Positions 1 to 14,154 of a stretch of 64,000 bases of DNA are shown here, one piece after another. This stretch comes from Octopus vulgaris. Lineage: Eukaryota. The notes beneath the pieces were generated by a model, which saw nothing but the letters and a program-made list of their open reading frames with translations, was not told where the DNA came from and ran no database searches. The number at the start of each line of letters is the position of its first letter. The first letter of the stretch is position 1. The DNA lies in NCBI GenBank assembly GCA_951406725.2, contig OX597815.1:205034001-205098000 (forward strand), written 5' to 3'. The translations under genes and the position numbers were made by a program.

Positions 1-122
1 CGACGCCGAAAGGAAGAAAGGCAAAGTCGACCTCGGCGGAATTTGAACTCAGAACGTAGCGACAGACGAAATACTGCTAAGCATTTCGCCCGGCGTGCTA
101 ACGTTTCTGCCAGCTCGCCGCC
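1..122 (-). mobile_element. tRNA-derived SINE, family A (Nin/Deu-like core), 5' part cut by the window edge
   Basis: Reverse complement reads GGCGGCGAGCTGGCAGAAACGTTAGC...GAGTTCAAATTCCGCCGAGGTCGACTTTGCCTTTC (A/B-box-like head). More than 12 similar copies occur in the window. Confidence 0.85.
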
Positions 123-642
123 TTTTACTCTTTTACCATACAGCCATGCCTGCGCCTAAGTGTCAGTAAAGAACTGGGGTCGATTTCCTCGGCCCTAGCC
201 GTCCCCTAACGCATGTGGCTTTTATGCCTATGTTAAACCATCGTTTATTTGTTTTTATGTTATAAATCTGACACAATTTTGCAGCATCACTAGGCATCGA
301 GTCAAGTAGCTCGCCTGGATACCGTAGCACCCCTGGTGAAAAAAACATGATATATGTTAGCTACAAACATATTTCATATAAGTACAGCCTCACTAGAGGT
401 GACATTTCAGTTAAGCACAGATGTTTTTATTTGTTTTGGGGTTTTTTGGGGGTTTTTCTTTGTTTTGTTTTGTTTTGCATAAAACATCGAAGAGGGTGGC
501 GGCGGCGGCGGCGGCGGCAGTGGTGGAGCGACGGCAATGGCGATGGTTCCTTCTTTGGTTGTTTTCTTTGCTTCATTCTTTCCTAATTTTGTTCTTCTTT
601 ATTCTTCGCCCTTTTTCTACAGTCTCCGTCTCACTTCGCTTG

Positions 643-1270
643 ATCATCATCATCATCATCATCACCACCACCACCACCAGCATCACCACCACCACCATCA
701 CCACCACCACCACCACCACCATCATCACCACCGCCATCACCACCACTATCACCACCACCATCACCACCACCATCACCACCACCATCATCATCATCACCAC
801 AACCACTATCACCACCACCATCACCACCACCACCACCACCACCACCACCACAATCGTCACAACCACCACCACCACCACCACCACCACCACCATCACCACC
901 ACCACCACCACCACCACCACCACCACCATCACCACCACCACCACCACCACCACCACCACCACCATCATCACCATCACCACCACCACCACCACCATCATCA
1001 TAATCACCACCACCACCACCATCACCACCACCACCATCATCATAATCACCACCACAACCATCACCACCAACATCACCACCACCACCACCACCACCATCAC
1101 CATCACCATCATCATAATCACCACCACAACCATCACCACCAACATCACCACCACCACCACCACCACCATCATCACCACCACCACCACCACCATCACCACC
1201 ACCACCATCACCACCACCATCACCACCACCATCACCACCACCACCGCCACCACCACCACCACCACCACTA
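643..1270. repeat. (CAC/CAT)n trinucleotide array
   Basis: Seen directly; it produces the poly-T/H/V ORFs. Confidence 0.97.
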
Positions 1271-1763
1271 TCTTATTCATATTCTTTAACTTTTGCGTCT
1301 TATTTTCTTTTTCCACCCATTCTCATCTCACCACTGTCATCATCTTCATCTTCACCTTCACTTTCATCTTCATCTTCGAATCGCTGGCGCGTCGGACAAA
1401 ATGCTTCACGGCAAATCTTCCGGGTCTCTTCTACGTCCTGAGTTCAAATTCCACCGAAGTCGAGTACGCCTTTCATCCTTTCGAGGTTGACAAAATAAAG
1501 TACCAGTCGAGTACTGAGTTGAAGTAATTAACTAAACCACCCCGCCAAAAAAAAATTTGAAACGCTTACCATTGTTATTGTTATTGTTGTTGTTGCTGTT
1601 GCTCTTGTTGTTGTCCCCTGCTCCTCCTTTCCTCCTCCTCCTCCTTCTTCTTCTTCAGTCTTAACTTCCCTTTTCTTCTTCTTTACCATCCCTTCTTCCC
1701 CCTCCGTTTCATCCTAATTCCCCTCCTAATTTTCACCGTCATTTGGTCATCATCATCATCATC

Positions 1764-1817
<54 letters not shown>

Positions 1818-1987
1818 GTCATCATCATCGGTTTCCTCCTCCTCCCCCACTTCAGTAACCATGACAACTTTGTAATAATTAATCAGCTGGGTTTCTCTTA
1901 CTTCGGTGCAAATGCCCTTAGAAATATCAAAGAAAGTCTAACTAGATAAGTTCTTAGCATTTGAAATCTGACTATAAGTTAACTATG

Positions 1988-2150
1988 GGCACAGGAGTGG
2001 CTGTGTGGTAAGAAGCTTGCTTCCCAACCACACGGTTCCAAGTTCAGTCCCACTGCATGGCACCTTGAGCAAGAGTCTTCTACTATAACTTTCGGGCCGG
2101 CCAAAGCCTTGTGAGTGGATCTGGTAGACAGAAACTGAAAGAAGCCCGTC
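1988..2150 (+). mobile_element. SINE family B 5' half, interrupted at its internal microsatellite position
   Basis: GGCACAGGAGTGGCTGTGTGGTAAG...CACCTTGAGCAAG...GAAAGAAGCCCGTC matches the full copies at 43163 and 57509; 3'-half sequence resumes near 2640-2790. Confidence 0.8.
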
Positions 2151-2337
2151 AGATCGTTAGCTCCTACACGCATTTTTTTTCTGTCCTTGTTTCTTTCTGT
2201 GTATCTTTCTGTCGAATAGCGTAGGCTCGAAACGTAAAAGACTTGTTCCATTTCTATTCCTGAGCGCTATACTACTACATTTGTTTGTTTGTACTCCACC
2301 TGCCTTCGTCTTTTGTTTATTTTCGTAAACCTTCCCG

Positions 2338-2339
<2 letters not shown>
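2151..2339 (+). mobile_element. Short Penelope-derived element H1 with minimal hammerhead (2204-2241)
   Basis: TCTTT-CTGTCGA-A-TAGC-GTAG-GCTC-GAAACGT-A-AAAGA; ends CTTCCCGTT at (TA)n; same family as 40473, 40788, 23769 and 61276. Confidence 0.8.
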
Positions 2340-2392
<53 letters not shown>

Positions 2393-2508
2393 GTTAGAAT
2401 TCAAAAAAAAAAACAGAGGACGAAGACGGGTGTGTAAACAACAAATAGATGTATTAGTTTAACGCTCGGGAAGTGAGAAAGTCTTTTACGTTTCGAGCCT
2501 CCGCTCTC

Positions 2509-2552
<44 letters not shown>

Positions 2553-3093
2553 CTACGGGGACGTAAACACGCTAACATCGGTTACCAATCGATGGTGGGG
2601 TAGGGTGGGGGCAAACACAGACACACAAATGCATGCAATTTTTACGTCCCCCGTTACTTAGCGACTCGGCAAAAGAGACGGACAGAATAAGTACTAGGCT
2701 TACAAAGAATAAGTCCTGGGGTCGATTTGTTCGACTAAAGGCAGTGCTCCAGCATGACCGCAGTCAAATGACTGAAATAAGTAAAAGAAATAAAAGAAAT
2801 AAGTGAAATGATGTGAAGTGAAATGATTCTAATCTGGAATCGAAACCTCGAATCGTCTTTTGCCATAAATAAATGACGAAATATATTTTATCTCTATTTT
2901 TTATCTTTTACTTGTTTCAGTCATTAGATTGTGGCCACGCTGGGGCACGGACTTGAAGATTTTTTTAGTTAAATGAATCGAACCCAGCACTTATTTTTTG
3001 AGCCTGGTACTTATACTATCGGTCTGTTTTGCCGAACCGCTAAGTTTCAGGGATGTAAACGCACCAACACTGGTTGTCAAGTGGTGGTGGGGT

Positions 3094-3145
<52 letters not shown>

Positions 3146-3305
3146 AGGTGGAGCAAGCTGTGATTATTGAAAAATGGACAGACAACTTGAGATTGCTTAA
3201 GAACATGGTAGCTTAGAATTTTTTAAACTGGTCCAATGCTATGGTAAAGAAAGAAGAATACGGATGCAAACTCTATTTTGACTTCTAATAAATGATAAAG
3301 AGGAG

Positions 3306-4546
3306 TGTAGTAAATTATATCCTCTAATATTTAGGGGCGAGGTAGTGGCTGGTATTCGTCAGTCTCAGAACCACTGATCGAGTGGACATTCGTAGTTGCC
3401 ATTCCAAAACTGTGATGGCGATGATTAAAGCAAATTTCTTAGCACCTTCACGAAGTTGTAGAAATTACAAAGATATTTCTAATCTCAAATCGTTTTCTTC
3501 AGGCTCGTAACGACCGGGCGATGCGAGATAACGAGAATGGCTCTTTAGTACATCACACGGTCGATAAATAAATATAATAGGAATAATGCATATATGGGCC
3601 AGAGGGGAAAGAGAGAGAGAGAGACACAACTGAGTAGAATGTTTAAGAGAAGATTTATTGATATGTTAGCGTGTGTCTGTGTGTGCGTCATATACACAGA
3701 ATATTAGAGAGACTGTCATGAGAACAAAATGTATGTGTGTATATGCATGGATGTATGCATGTGTATTAAGTACATATAAGAATAGCAATGCAGACGACAG
3801 TTAAAGAGTCTATAATGAGAAGTTAGAAGAATGTTCATAGACACAAGAAATGAGAACAGCAATTCGTAGTCAATTGTACACGGTAGTTGAAATACTGTAT
3901 CAAGACGCTGCGGCCATGATGCTGAGCCGGTTACCGTACATATCGTACGTGAAGTTGTGGCTGTAATGCTGCTGTCTGGGTCACTTGGTACAGGAGTTCT
4001 CGCTGTTTGTATATTTGATGTTGATCCCTGGTGAAGTAATTCACGAACAGTGGAAGTGAAACCTAGGCGAGTTGCTTATTGAGCTGTGTACGTAGAGCGA
4101 TGATGTTGACGATGTTAAGAAGATGATGGTGGTGACGAAGAAAGAGATTGCCGTAATGCTGTTGGACGGAGTTGGTAAGTCTCAACGTGGCTGCTGTAGT
4201 GTCGTCGTTGGAACTGGCTGTGTCTTGTGTGGTCAGTGGCTAGACCTTAAAAGGTCTGGAACCAAAGACGTCGAAACGAGAAGCTGGCTTTTTATAAGGA
4301 GCTGTAGGCTCAAAACTGGATTGAGAACAGGTTGTCTCACACGATTTTATTTAGAGGTTCCGATTTGTTATAAGCTGAAGAATGGCGCGACAGAGTAAGA
4401 GACACATAGCGCCAATACCAGCCAATCAGAGTAGTGGACACAACGGGGTCCAAATAGCGGCCAAAGGCTAGCTGTTACCTGCTACGTTCGAATGCACGTA
4501 TATATAATAAAGGGGAGAGAGGAATTTCACTCTAGTGTTCGCTACA
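3306..4546 (-). mobile_element. Possible solo LTR
   Basis: About 1.2 kb non-coding block with TGTAG...CTACA ends and TATA-like (~4330), CCAAT-like (~4423) and minus-strand AATAAA (~3654) signals. No TSD found. Confidence 0.35.
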
Positions 4547-6282
4547 GATTTTAAAGCCGGTACAATGTTATTTGAGGGAGATTTAGCTGGTATTTCTAAA
4601 AAGCTAGGTGACTGAGTAGAGGTTCCTTTGTAAGCTTAGGAGTAATGTTACTGCGCCGGACAAAATGCTTAGCTGCATTTCGTCCGTCTTTACATTTTGA
4701 ACCCAAGTTCCACCGAGGTCGACTTTGCCTTTCATCCTTTCGGGTTTGATAAAATAAGTACCAGTTGAGCACTGGGATCGTTGTAATCGACTTAACCCCT
4801 CCCTTGAAGTTGCTAGCATTCTGCCAAAATTTGAAACCAATATTTAGGTCGCTAGTCATTTGAGTGAACAATCATTAGATGACAAAGAAATTTCAAGCGT
4901 ATACTTCCCTGCGTTCATATATGCAGCGTACGTACATAGTTAAATGTAAGTATATCGTTGAGAGACCCTCATATTTGAAAGAGGATTAGCCTCGGATTAG
5001 GGGTGAGATCTTGTTGCCAAAATTGCTGAAATCCTTTTAAAGCACCACCCACAAATCATATAATTTCTGCTTTGACAACTTATTTTTCACTAGTATCAAG
5101 TTAATGAAAATGATGAAGGAAAGGTAAATCTAAACAAAAGGAATTAATAGTGCCAACAGATTTGATTCGAAAAGTTCCCATTGGCTAAATAAAGGGGATT
5201 TGGGGAAAAAAGAAAATGCCATTATTTGTTCTAGAACTAATTCGAGCAATGAAATTACAAAAATCCTATTGTTTAACCCTGGATCAAACCTATAAACAAA
5301 GGCTTTCCACCTGTGACCATCCCTACTTTCTTTGTTTTTGTGCATCAGTGACTGTCCAATGTGATCTTCCTTTTGTTAAGATAACGGTTTCAGATTTAAA
5401 TAATAGGCCAGAAAATTTGAGAGAAGGGATTAATCGAAACCATTGATCCAAGTGCTTGTTGGTACTTATTTTATCGAGCTTGAAAGAATGAAAGGCAAAA
5501 TTAAAAATCAGCCTCGGCTGGATTTGAACTCGGAACGTAAAAAGTCGAAACAAATGGCACAAGGCATTTTCTCCGACTTCCTAAACAATTATGCCAGTTC
5601 ACTCTTTTCGTTAAGATAGCAGGATGTGATTAAGGCGATGAATTGTTGAAGTCACCAAAGCATCGGCTAAAATATCTTATGGTATTTGTTCCAGTTTTCC
5701 TCATTTTAAATCCAAATACTGCTTAAGTCAACTTTTGGGATCGATAAATAAAGTATCGGCACAGAACGATTAGATTGATAGAACTGTTAGAGCATCGTAT
5801 AAGATGCTTTGCGGTATATCATCTAACTTATGTGATCTGAGGACAACGCCTGCAATAAGATTGATTCCCCCCTTGCCTTTATCGTGCGCAACATCGGTTG
5901 CGTTAGAGAAGGGAGATCTGCAGAGAAAGGTAATTGCTGGTTATCCATAAAAAAAATATTGTCTGTGAAGTGGAGAGAATTTACCAGGTGCTGGCCGATG
6001 GTCTCACGAGATTTACGAAAGCAATCGGCGGGTGGGACTTGAGAGAAATTTAGCTGCAATTGCTAACAGACCGAGCGATCATATAAAACATCAATTGCCA
6101 GCTTTTTGCTATTGTGATCCATTTAGGAAAATCAGTAACCTTCCGTAACCCACCCACCCACCCCTTTATTTTAAAAAAACATTTAAATAAAAAATAAATT
6201 ACACGATACTCTTAACATTTTATATTTTTTCATGGGAGAGAATTTTTCGGTATTTGCTTTCAATGAATGTTACGGTCTACAC

Positions 6283-6484
6283 CAGTGGTTTTTCAACCAG
6301 GGTTCCACCAGTACAGTGCAGGGGTTCCGCAAGAAGTTACAAAACAGCTAAAATCGGCAGTAATTTTTAAATCTCCTGTGCAGATATGTGTGCATAAGAC
6401 TATTAAATTATTGCACAGGGGTTCCTCAAGCCAGTGGAATGTTTCCTTGAGGTTCCACTCCAGCAAAATGTTTGAAAAGCACTG
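6283..6484. mobile_element. hAT-type MITE
   Basis: TIRs CAGTGGTTTTTCAA / TTGAAAAGCACTG with an exact 8-bp TSD GTCTACAC (6275-6282, 6485-6492). Confidence 0.85.
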
Positions 6485-6913
6485 GTCTACACGGATCTAG
6501 AGGCCCAATTCTGATTTATGTATGCTGTGGATTACTGTCAATAAATGAATACTATAAGGCCCGGTGTAAGGAATTGCCCAGCGGCCTATCATGTTGCTAC
6601 GATGGCCCTGATTCTCTATCTTGGCCAACACTACTAAGTTCTTTCTTTTATATATATATATCGGTAAGACGTAATATGAGGGAGATTTCGCGGCTATTTC
6701 GAGCAGACCTTTATTGATTCATAATAATTTTGGTTCAAATTATTTGGATTAGACTTCGAAGGGGAGACAGTATAGTTGATTGCATGGATACCAATCAATT
6801 ATTAGTTCGAGCTATATCGACCCGAGATGAAAACAAAAGTAGACTCTGGTGGGATTTGAACCCAGAATGTACAAAGAACTAAATATTGATTCCTTGCGTT
6901 GGAACAAGGCCAT

Positions 6914-7299
6914 GGATGGAAGCACTCAGTCGGTTACGACGACGAGGGTTCCGGTTGATCCGATCAACGGAACAGCCTACTCGTGAACTTAACGTGTAAG
7001 TGGCTGAGCACTCCACAGACACGTGCACCCTTAACGTAGTTCTCGGAGAGATTCAGCGTGACACAGAGAGTAACTAGGCCGGTCCTTTGAAATACAGGTA
7101 CAACAGAAACAGGAAGTAAGAGTGAGAGAAAGTTGTGGTGAAAGAGTACAGCAGGGATCACCACCATCCCCTGCCAGCCTCGTGGAGCTTTTAGGTGTTT
7201 TCGCTCAATAAACACTCACAATGCCCGGTCTGGGAATCGAAACCGCGATCCTACGACCGCGAGTCCGCTGCCCTAACCACTGGGCCATTGCTCCTCCAC
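6914..7299 (-). mobile_element. tRNA(Arg)-like SINE, family C, full length
   Basis: Head GTGGAGGAGCAATGGCCCAGTGGTTAGGGCAGCGGACTCGCGG...GGTTTCGATTCCC; 13-bp TSD GGAACAAGGCCAT (6901-6913, 7300-7312). Confidence 0.92.
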
Positions 7300-7426
7300 G
7301 GAACAAGGCCATAATTGTACTGGGACGAGTAAGAAACGCAGTGACTGATATTTGTTTTATCGTCATGAGAGTGATGAAAAGAAAGTTAACTCCGAAGGGA
7401 CGACAGTATTAATAAATATTAATAAA

Positions 7427-8207
7427 GGCGGCGAGCTGCCAGACACGTTAGCACGCCGGACGAAATGCTTAGCGGTATTTTGTCTGCGTTACGTTGTGAG
7501 TTCAAATTCCGCCGAGGTCGACTTTGCCTTTCATCCTTTCGGGGTCGATAAATTAAGTACCAGTTACGCACTGGGGTCGATGTAATCGACTTAATACCTA
7601 TGTCTGTCTTTGTTTGTCCCCTCTGTGTTTAGCCCCTTGTGGGTAATAAAGAAATAGGTATTTTGTCTGCCGTTACGTTCTGAGTTCAAATTCCGCCGAG
7701 GTCGACTTTGCCTTTCATCCTTTCGGGGTCGATAAATTAAGTACCAGTTACGCACTGGGGTCGATGTAATCGACTTAATACCTATGTCTGTCTTTGTTTG
7801 TCCCCTCTGTGTTTAGCCCCTTGTGGATAATAAAGAAATAGGGATTTTGTCTGCGTTACGTTGTGAGTTCAAATTCCGCCGAGGTCGACTTTGCCTTTCA
7901 TCCTTTCGGGGTCGATAAATTAAGTACCAGTTACGCACTGGGGTCGATGTAATCGACTTAATACCTATGTCTGTCCTTGTTTGTCCCCTCTGGGTTTAGC
8001 CCCTTGTGGGTAATAAAGAAATAGGTATTTTGTCTGCCGTTACGTTGTGAGTTCAAATTCCGCCGAGGTCGACTTTGCCTTTCATCCTTTCGGGGTCGAT
8101 AAATTAAGTACCAGTTACACACTGGGGTCGATGTAATCGACTTAATACCTATGTCTGTCCTTGTTTGTCCCCTCTGTGTTTAGCCCCTTGTGGGTAATAA
8201 AGAAATA
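7427..8207 (+). mobile_element. SINE family A with four tandem ~183-bp bodies
   Basis: One head at 7427; units start at 7474, 7657, 7841 and 8024; TATTAATAAA on both sides. Confidence 0.92.
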
Positions 8208-9164
8208 AGTATTAATAAATACCAAATAAGTACTCATAGAACATTGGAATGAGATGTTGTAACATTGATTCCTCTCCTAAAATACACTTCAACGTAAATG
8301 AATCGAAAATACAAAGCATACCAGTTGTTGCTGGTTTAACCTCTTTGCTCTGTTACGCTCGTAAAATATGAATGCAAAAGTACCGAGAATACCTTGCGAA
8401 CGGGGAATTGTTTCACTTCTGAAATATTTACAAAATAAGTATTTATAGAAGTGCTCACATGAGGCATTCAAAAACTAGGTGCGGATGAAAGTTGTTCAGA
8501 TCATATGAATATAACTTTAGGGGGAGGGGTTGAAATGTAGGTCCTGGATTTTGCGGTACACTCGGCGAGGCGGCATTTAAGGTTCAGTTTGGTTGGAGTG
8601 CAGAGAGTGGATTTGCTTAGTACCCTACCAGTCTCTTATTCCCATTTTATTTTCCTTTATGCATTCTTTTTTTTTTTTTTTGTTCCTTTCCATATTTGTC
8701 TTTGAAACCCTTTCGAAAATATTTCGACCTTAAAACTGGGTGGCGATGGGATTCTTTTATGCAGACGATCCTGTTTTTCTATATAGAGTCAATCAAGGGG
8801 CTGTTATAAAAAAGAAAAATATTTAAAAAATATGAAGCCTTGAAAAGAAGCCAGAAGGTGAACAGGTTCAGCAGAGAAATATCCGTGCGTTGTAAGAGGG
8901 GTAAGTAGGGGTTAGCTTTAACTCCCAATTGATTTAGAGAAAAATGACCTTGACATGCACTGACCTCGCATATACAGCAACGGACCTGAAAATTTTATTT
9001 ACTCTATGGCAGAGGCAATGTTTATGATATATATACGTGTGTGTGTGTGTAATATATAATGTATGTTTATCTTAGCATACACATATATATATATACATGT
9101 ACATATACATACATACATACACACATACAGATATATATATATATATACATATACACACACATAC

Positions 9165-9218
<54 letters not shown>

Positions 9219-10166
9219 ATACGTATATGTATATAAACATATACGTATTTATACATGCACATATATATATATATAAACACGTACACACATATATGTTACA
9301 TATATATACATGTCTATTCATACACACTCATATGTATTTGTATGTATGTATGTATATAATATATAACATATTAACCGTTGCATATATATATATATATATA
9401 TATATATACTCACACATACATACATACATACAGACAGACAGACAGACAAGTAGACAAAGAGGCAGACATACATACATATATATATGTGTGAGTGTTTGTG
9501 TGTATATATATATATATATATATATGCGTATGAACGTATACGTATTTATACATGCACATATATATAAACAAATGCACACATATGTCACATATGTAGATGT
9601 ATATAGACACACACACACACATACACACACATATATATATATATATACCGCACCCGGACCCCACAAAAGACGCATATTGCCAACAACAGACCCAAAAGTG
9701 ACCCCTTTACAAATGCCGCCCAGACGGACCGCCCCTACGCCCTCCCCTCCCCAGGCACGCCAGTGCATATTCATATACATATACATGTATGCATATTTGT
9801 ATATATGTATGTATATAGCTCTGTGTCAAGGAGTTTGCTTTCCTACCACACAGTTCCGGGTTCAGCCCCACTACGTGACACCTTGAACAAGTGCCCTCTA
9901 CTATAGCTCCGAGCCGACCACACTGAATTTGGTAGACGGAAACTGAAAGAAGCCCGTCGTATAATAGTGCGCGTGCGCGTGTCCTTTTGCCTGCATTTGT
10001 CCCGCACCACTGCTTGACAACAGGTGTTGGTTTATTTACTTCCGTTACTAAGCGTTTCGGTAAGAAGAGACCAAGAGGACAAGTACCAACCTTCTAAATA
10101 ATGCATGTATAAAATGTACTAAAACTAGTAAAAGATAAAGGGTAGAAACAAAAAGGACTTATGTCG

Positions 10167-10325
10167 AGGCTGTGTGGTAAGTAGCTTGCTTCCCAATCAC
10201 ATGGTTCCGGGTTCAGATCCACTGCGTGGCACCTAGGGCAAGTGACTTCTAGTATAGCCTCGGGCTGACCAAAGCCTTGTAAGCGGATTTGGTAGACGGA
10301 AACTGAATGAAGCTCGTCGTGTATG

Positions 10326-10358
<33 letters not shown>

Positions 10359-10590
10359 ATTTATGTGTGTGTGTATCATTGTGTCTGTGCTTGATCCCCA
10401 CCCCCCCATCACTTGACAACCGATGTTGATGTGTTTACGTCCCCGTAAATTAGCGGTTCGGCAAAAGAGACCGATAGGATGGGTACAGGACTTACCAAGA
10501 ATAAGTCCTGGGGTCGATTTCTTCGACTAAAACCCTTTAAGGCGGGGCTCCAGCATGGCCGAGGTCAAATGACTGAAACAAGTAAAAGAA
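10167..10590 (+). mobile_element. SINE family B
   Basis: Matches the full-length copies, including the internal (TA)n(TG)n tract and the CAAATGACTGAAACAAGTAAAAGA tail. Confidence 0.85.
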
Positions 10591-10620
10591 TATATGAATA
10601 TATATGCGCACGTGCACACG

Positions 10621-10719
<99 letters not shown>

Positions 10720-10820
10720 GGGTGTGTGTGTGTTTTCTGGACCTTTTTCTAGAATCGTCATGAGGAGGGAACAAGGTCTATAGGCATTGCAGGCCCTCTG
10801 AGAGTATATATATGTATACA

Positions 10821-10939
<119 letters not shown>

Positions 10940-10966
10940 GGTATGTATATATATGTATGTATGTAT

Positions 10967-10999
<33 letters not shown>

Positions 11000-11030
11000 G
11001 GTATGTATATATATGTGTGTATGTATGTAT

Positions 11031-11080
<50 letters not shown>

Positions 11081-11161
11081 GTATGTATATGTATGTATGT
11101 ATGTATATATATATATAAATCTATATTTATATTTATATTTATATGTATGTATGTATGTATG

Positions 11162-11257
<96 letters not shown>

Positions 11258-11690
11258 GTATGTATGTATGTATGTGTGTATAAGAGCATACCGTGCGTTT
11301 CTGTGGGTGGAGCGGGGGTGTATAGCATTAATCATAAGATTCTGACGCTCTGAATCTGATACACCGATTCAACGTACGTTTGTAAACATTTCTGTTATTA
11401 TTATTCTTGAGAAAAGTATGAACCGCGTAACTTCTATTCCCCCACGCACTCCCTACCCACCAAAACCCCGCACACACACACACACACAAAGTTGTAACGT
11501 TGAATTCATATGGCAAAAGGGCACCAATATATATCATTTATCTTTTACTTCAACCATCAGTCTGCGGCCATGTTGGGGCACCGGCTTGAATTTTTAGTCG
11601 AATGTATCGACTGCACTACTTATATATATATATATATGCATTGCCCCAGCATGGCCACAGCTCATTAGCTGAAACTAGAAAAATATATAA

Positions 11691-11825
<135 letters not shown>

Positions 11826-11913
11826 GTATGTATATATATATATGTGTCTGTGTGTATAAGTGTCCGGATGTTTTGTCGTATATATTTCGTTCTTCCATTT
11901 TTTGTTTGGTTTA

Positions 11914-11982
<69 letters not shown>

Positions 11983-12932
11983 TCATACATACACATGACC
12001 TGACGAGGCGGGCCCCTGCGAGTTTGCTGAAGCAAGCGAAGAACTCTGTACCTGATCCTTCGAACTATTTGCAAAATAATTTTAGACGTGATGCCGTGGT
12101 GGACTTAGTCTTTTTATCACACCGTGGTCGATAAAATAGATGCCGGCCGAGTAATGGGATTCGATTTAAACGGCTGCCTCTCCACTTAAAGGCATAGCAA
12201 GAACGGACGGGGTGGCGAGTGGGTAGATGCCTCCGGGTGCACCGGTAAAGAGACGCAAAATTTCCTCAGACCTACCCTGCTTGGTAGTTAAGTTGGACGC
12301 ACAGGAAGTGTCTTTGCCGTACCCTACCCCCCGAGTTGTAAGAACATCTTTTATACCATTGACCCACCCGCCCACCCAAATCTTTGGCCTTATGCCTAAG
12401 TTAAAAATCATTATTAGCATAGTTCAGTACAGGGGTAATTTTAAATTATTCTTTTGTGACACATTCTTGGCAGTGATATCTGCTAATCTGATAATTCTCC
12501 TCCAAGTTTCTCTTTATCTATAGTTAGGCCACCAGAAGAAGAAAAAAATTATCTGTATTTTCCTTTAATGCCAACGCATGAAGAAGAAGACAGGTGTCAA
12601 GCGTCTCGACTGACAAACGTTACAAAGATAAGATAGAGAATTTCGGCAAAATGAAGAACTTGAAGCTACTGTGTTATTATTTTTCGTCATTTTTTTTTTA
12701 TATTCATTCTATTTTATTTTAATTTCATGCTTATGGCTGCTGTTAGATAGTAAAAGAGTCAATAAATCATAGAATTCAATGTACCAAATCAATTACTTGG
12801 TCCATGTCTGTGATGCTGTGGTTCATTTTTTAATATTTTTTTAGTCTCTAAGTCAGTTCTGATCGAGTAGACAGACCTTTGCTCTAAAATTGTAAAACTA
12901 CGATAGTACAATTTCTGTCTACATTATCCAGT

Positions 12933-12984
<52 letters not shown>

Positions 12985-13070
12985 GAGGAATGTATGAAAC
13001 GTTTTGAGCCTTGAAGTCTTGTACCTTCATCAGAAGTCTTGTACTGTTTTGTTTTGTTTTTTTTTAGGCT

Positions 13071-13138
<68 letters not shown>

Positions 13139-13142
<4 letters not shown>

Positions 13143-13340
13143 CCAAAACAAAGACGAAGAACAAACAAACAAGAAACAACGCGAGGGCGTGGTACATGTA
13201 AAGTATTAGCAGACGCCCAGGGAAGGAAAGAAAGGTGGTTTTACGTTTCGAGCAAAGCTCTTCTTCAGGAACATAGGGAAGTCCGATAGAAAAGGAAGAC
13301 GGAGGAAAAAAATCGCCAGCGATTCACACGTGGACCATAT
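13139..13340 (-). mobile_element. H2-related Penelope-derived element with minimal hammerhead (13238-13272)
   Basis: Minus strand GTTC-CTGAAGA-A-GAGC-TTT-GCTC-GAAACGT-A-AAAC; 3' end abuts (TA)n. Confidence 0.75.
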
Positions 13341-13616
13341 ATGTAAGTGGACCATAGCCGGCTTTGAACACAGATTACAATGAGATTCATCGTTTCTATA
13401 CCTCTCATCGCTTGAATACTAAAAAGTTGAATGAGTTGGTAATTGGGGTTTACGAATAGCTGAAGCTCAGGGATTTTATTGGCTTGACCTGCCAGGTTTT
13501 AATCAGGAGGGTCCCTCACCATGGCTAAAGGGCATAGGTACCTGTTGGCCTATTTGGTTTCAACAGTCCTTTTGAGAGGTCTTGCTTTGTGCCCTGCTGG
13601 GTCTAATGAATGTGTG

Positions 13617-13670
<54 letters not shown>

Positions 13671-14154
13671 TATGTATGTATGAGAGAGAGAGGGTGTGGC
13701 TGGAAGAGGACAATAGCAAATGAAAAGGAGAATTAATAACTTAAATGAAAATGTTAAGTCGTTCTCTGGACGGCACGGGGCTTACTGATTAGGGCGTTCA
13801 GCTTAAGATTATAAGGTCGTAGGTTGGATTCCTGGACCGGGCAGCGCGTTGCAGCCTTTTGAGCATGGCACTTTATGTCACATTACTGCAACCTATTCAG
13901 TTGTAATGCGTGCAAATTGGATGTTGGTGCAGCAAACTCACCAGCTGTGAAATACCGAACGAAGAAGACAGAGGAGGCTACGAGCGTGTCCATGTCTGCT
14001 CGCGTTTACATAGGTAGCTAAAGCAATTAGCAAATGCACGGTACGGTGTTATTAAGCTATACTCTACTCATTTTCGAACGCCAGCTGGCTGGCTAGACGA
14101 TGATCCCCGTTATCAACTTTGAAGAACTGATCCAGATAAGCGAATTATGTGATA

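Noticed and set aside
421-1527. 368-aa Thr-rich mucin-like and poly-His ORFs
   Set aside because: Translation of a (CAC)n array that is open in several frames on both strands and ends inside a SINE.
7474-8207. CRISPR-like or satellite array
   Set aside because: Units are contiguous SINE bodies with no unique spacers, in a eukaryotic context.
12990-13075. CUGAUGA-containing motif on the minus strand next to (TA)n
   Set aside because: GAAA is mutated and stems I/II do not pair convincingly; at most a dead remnant.
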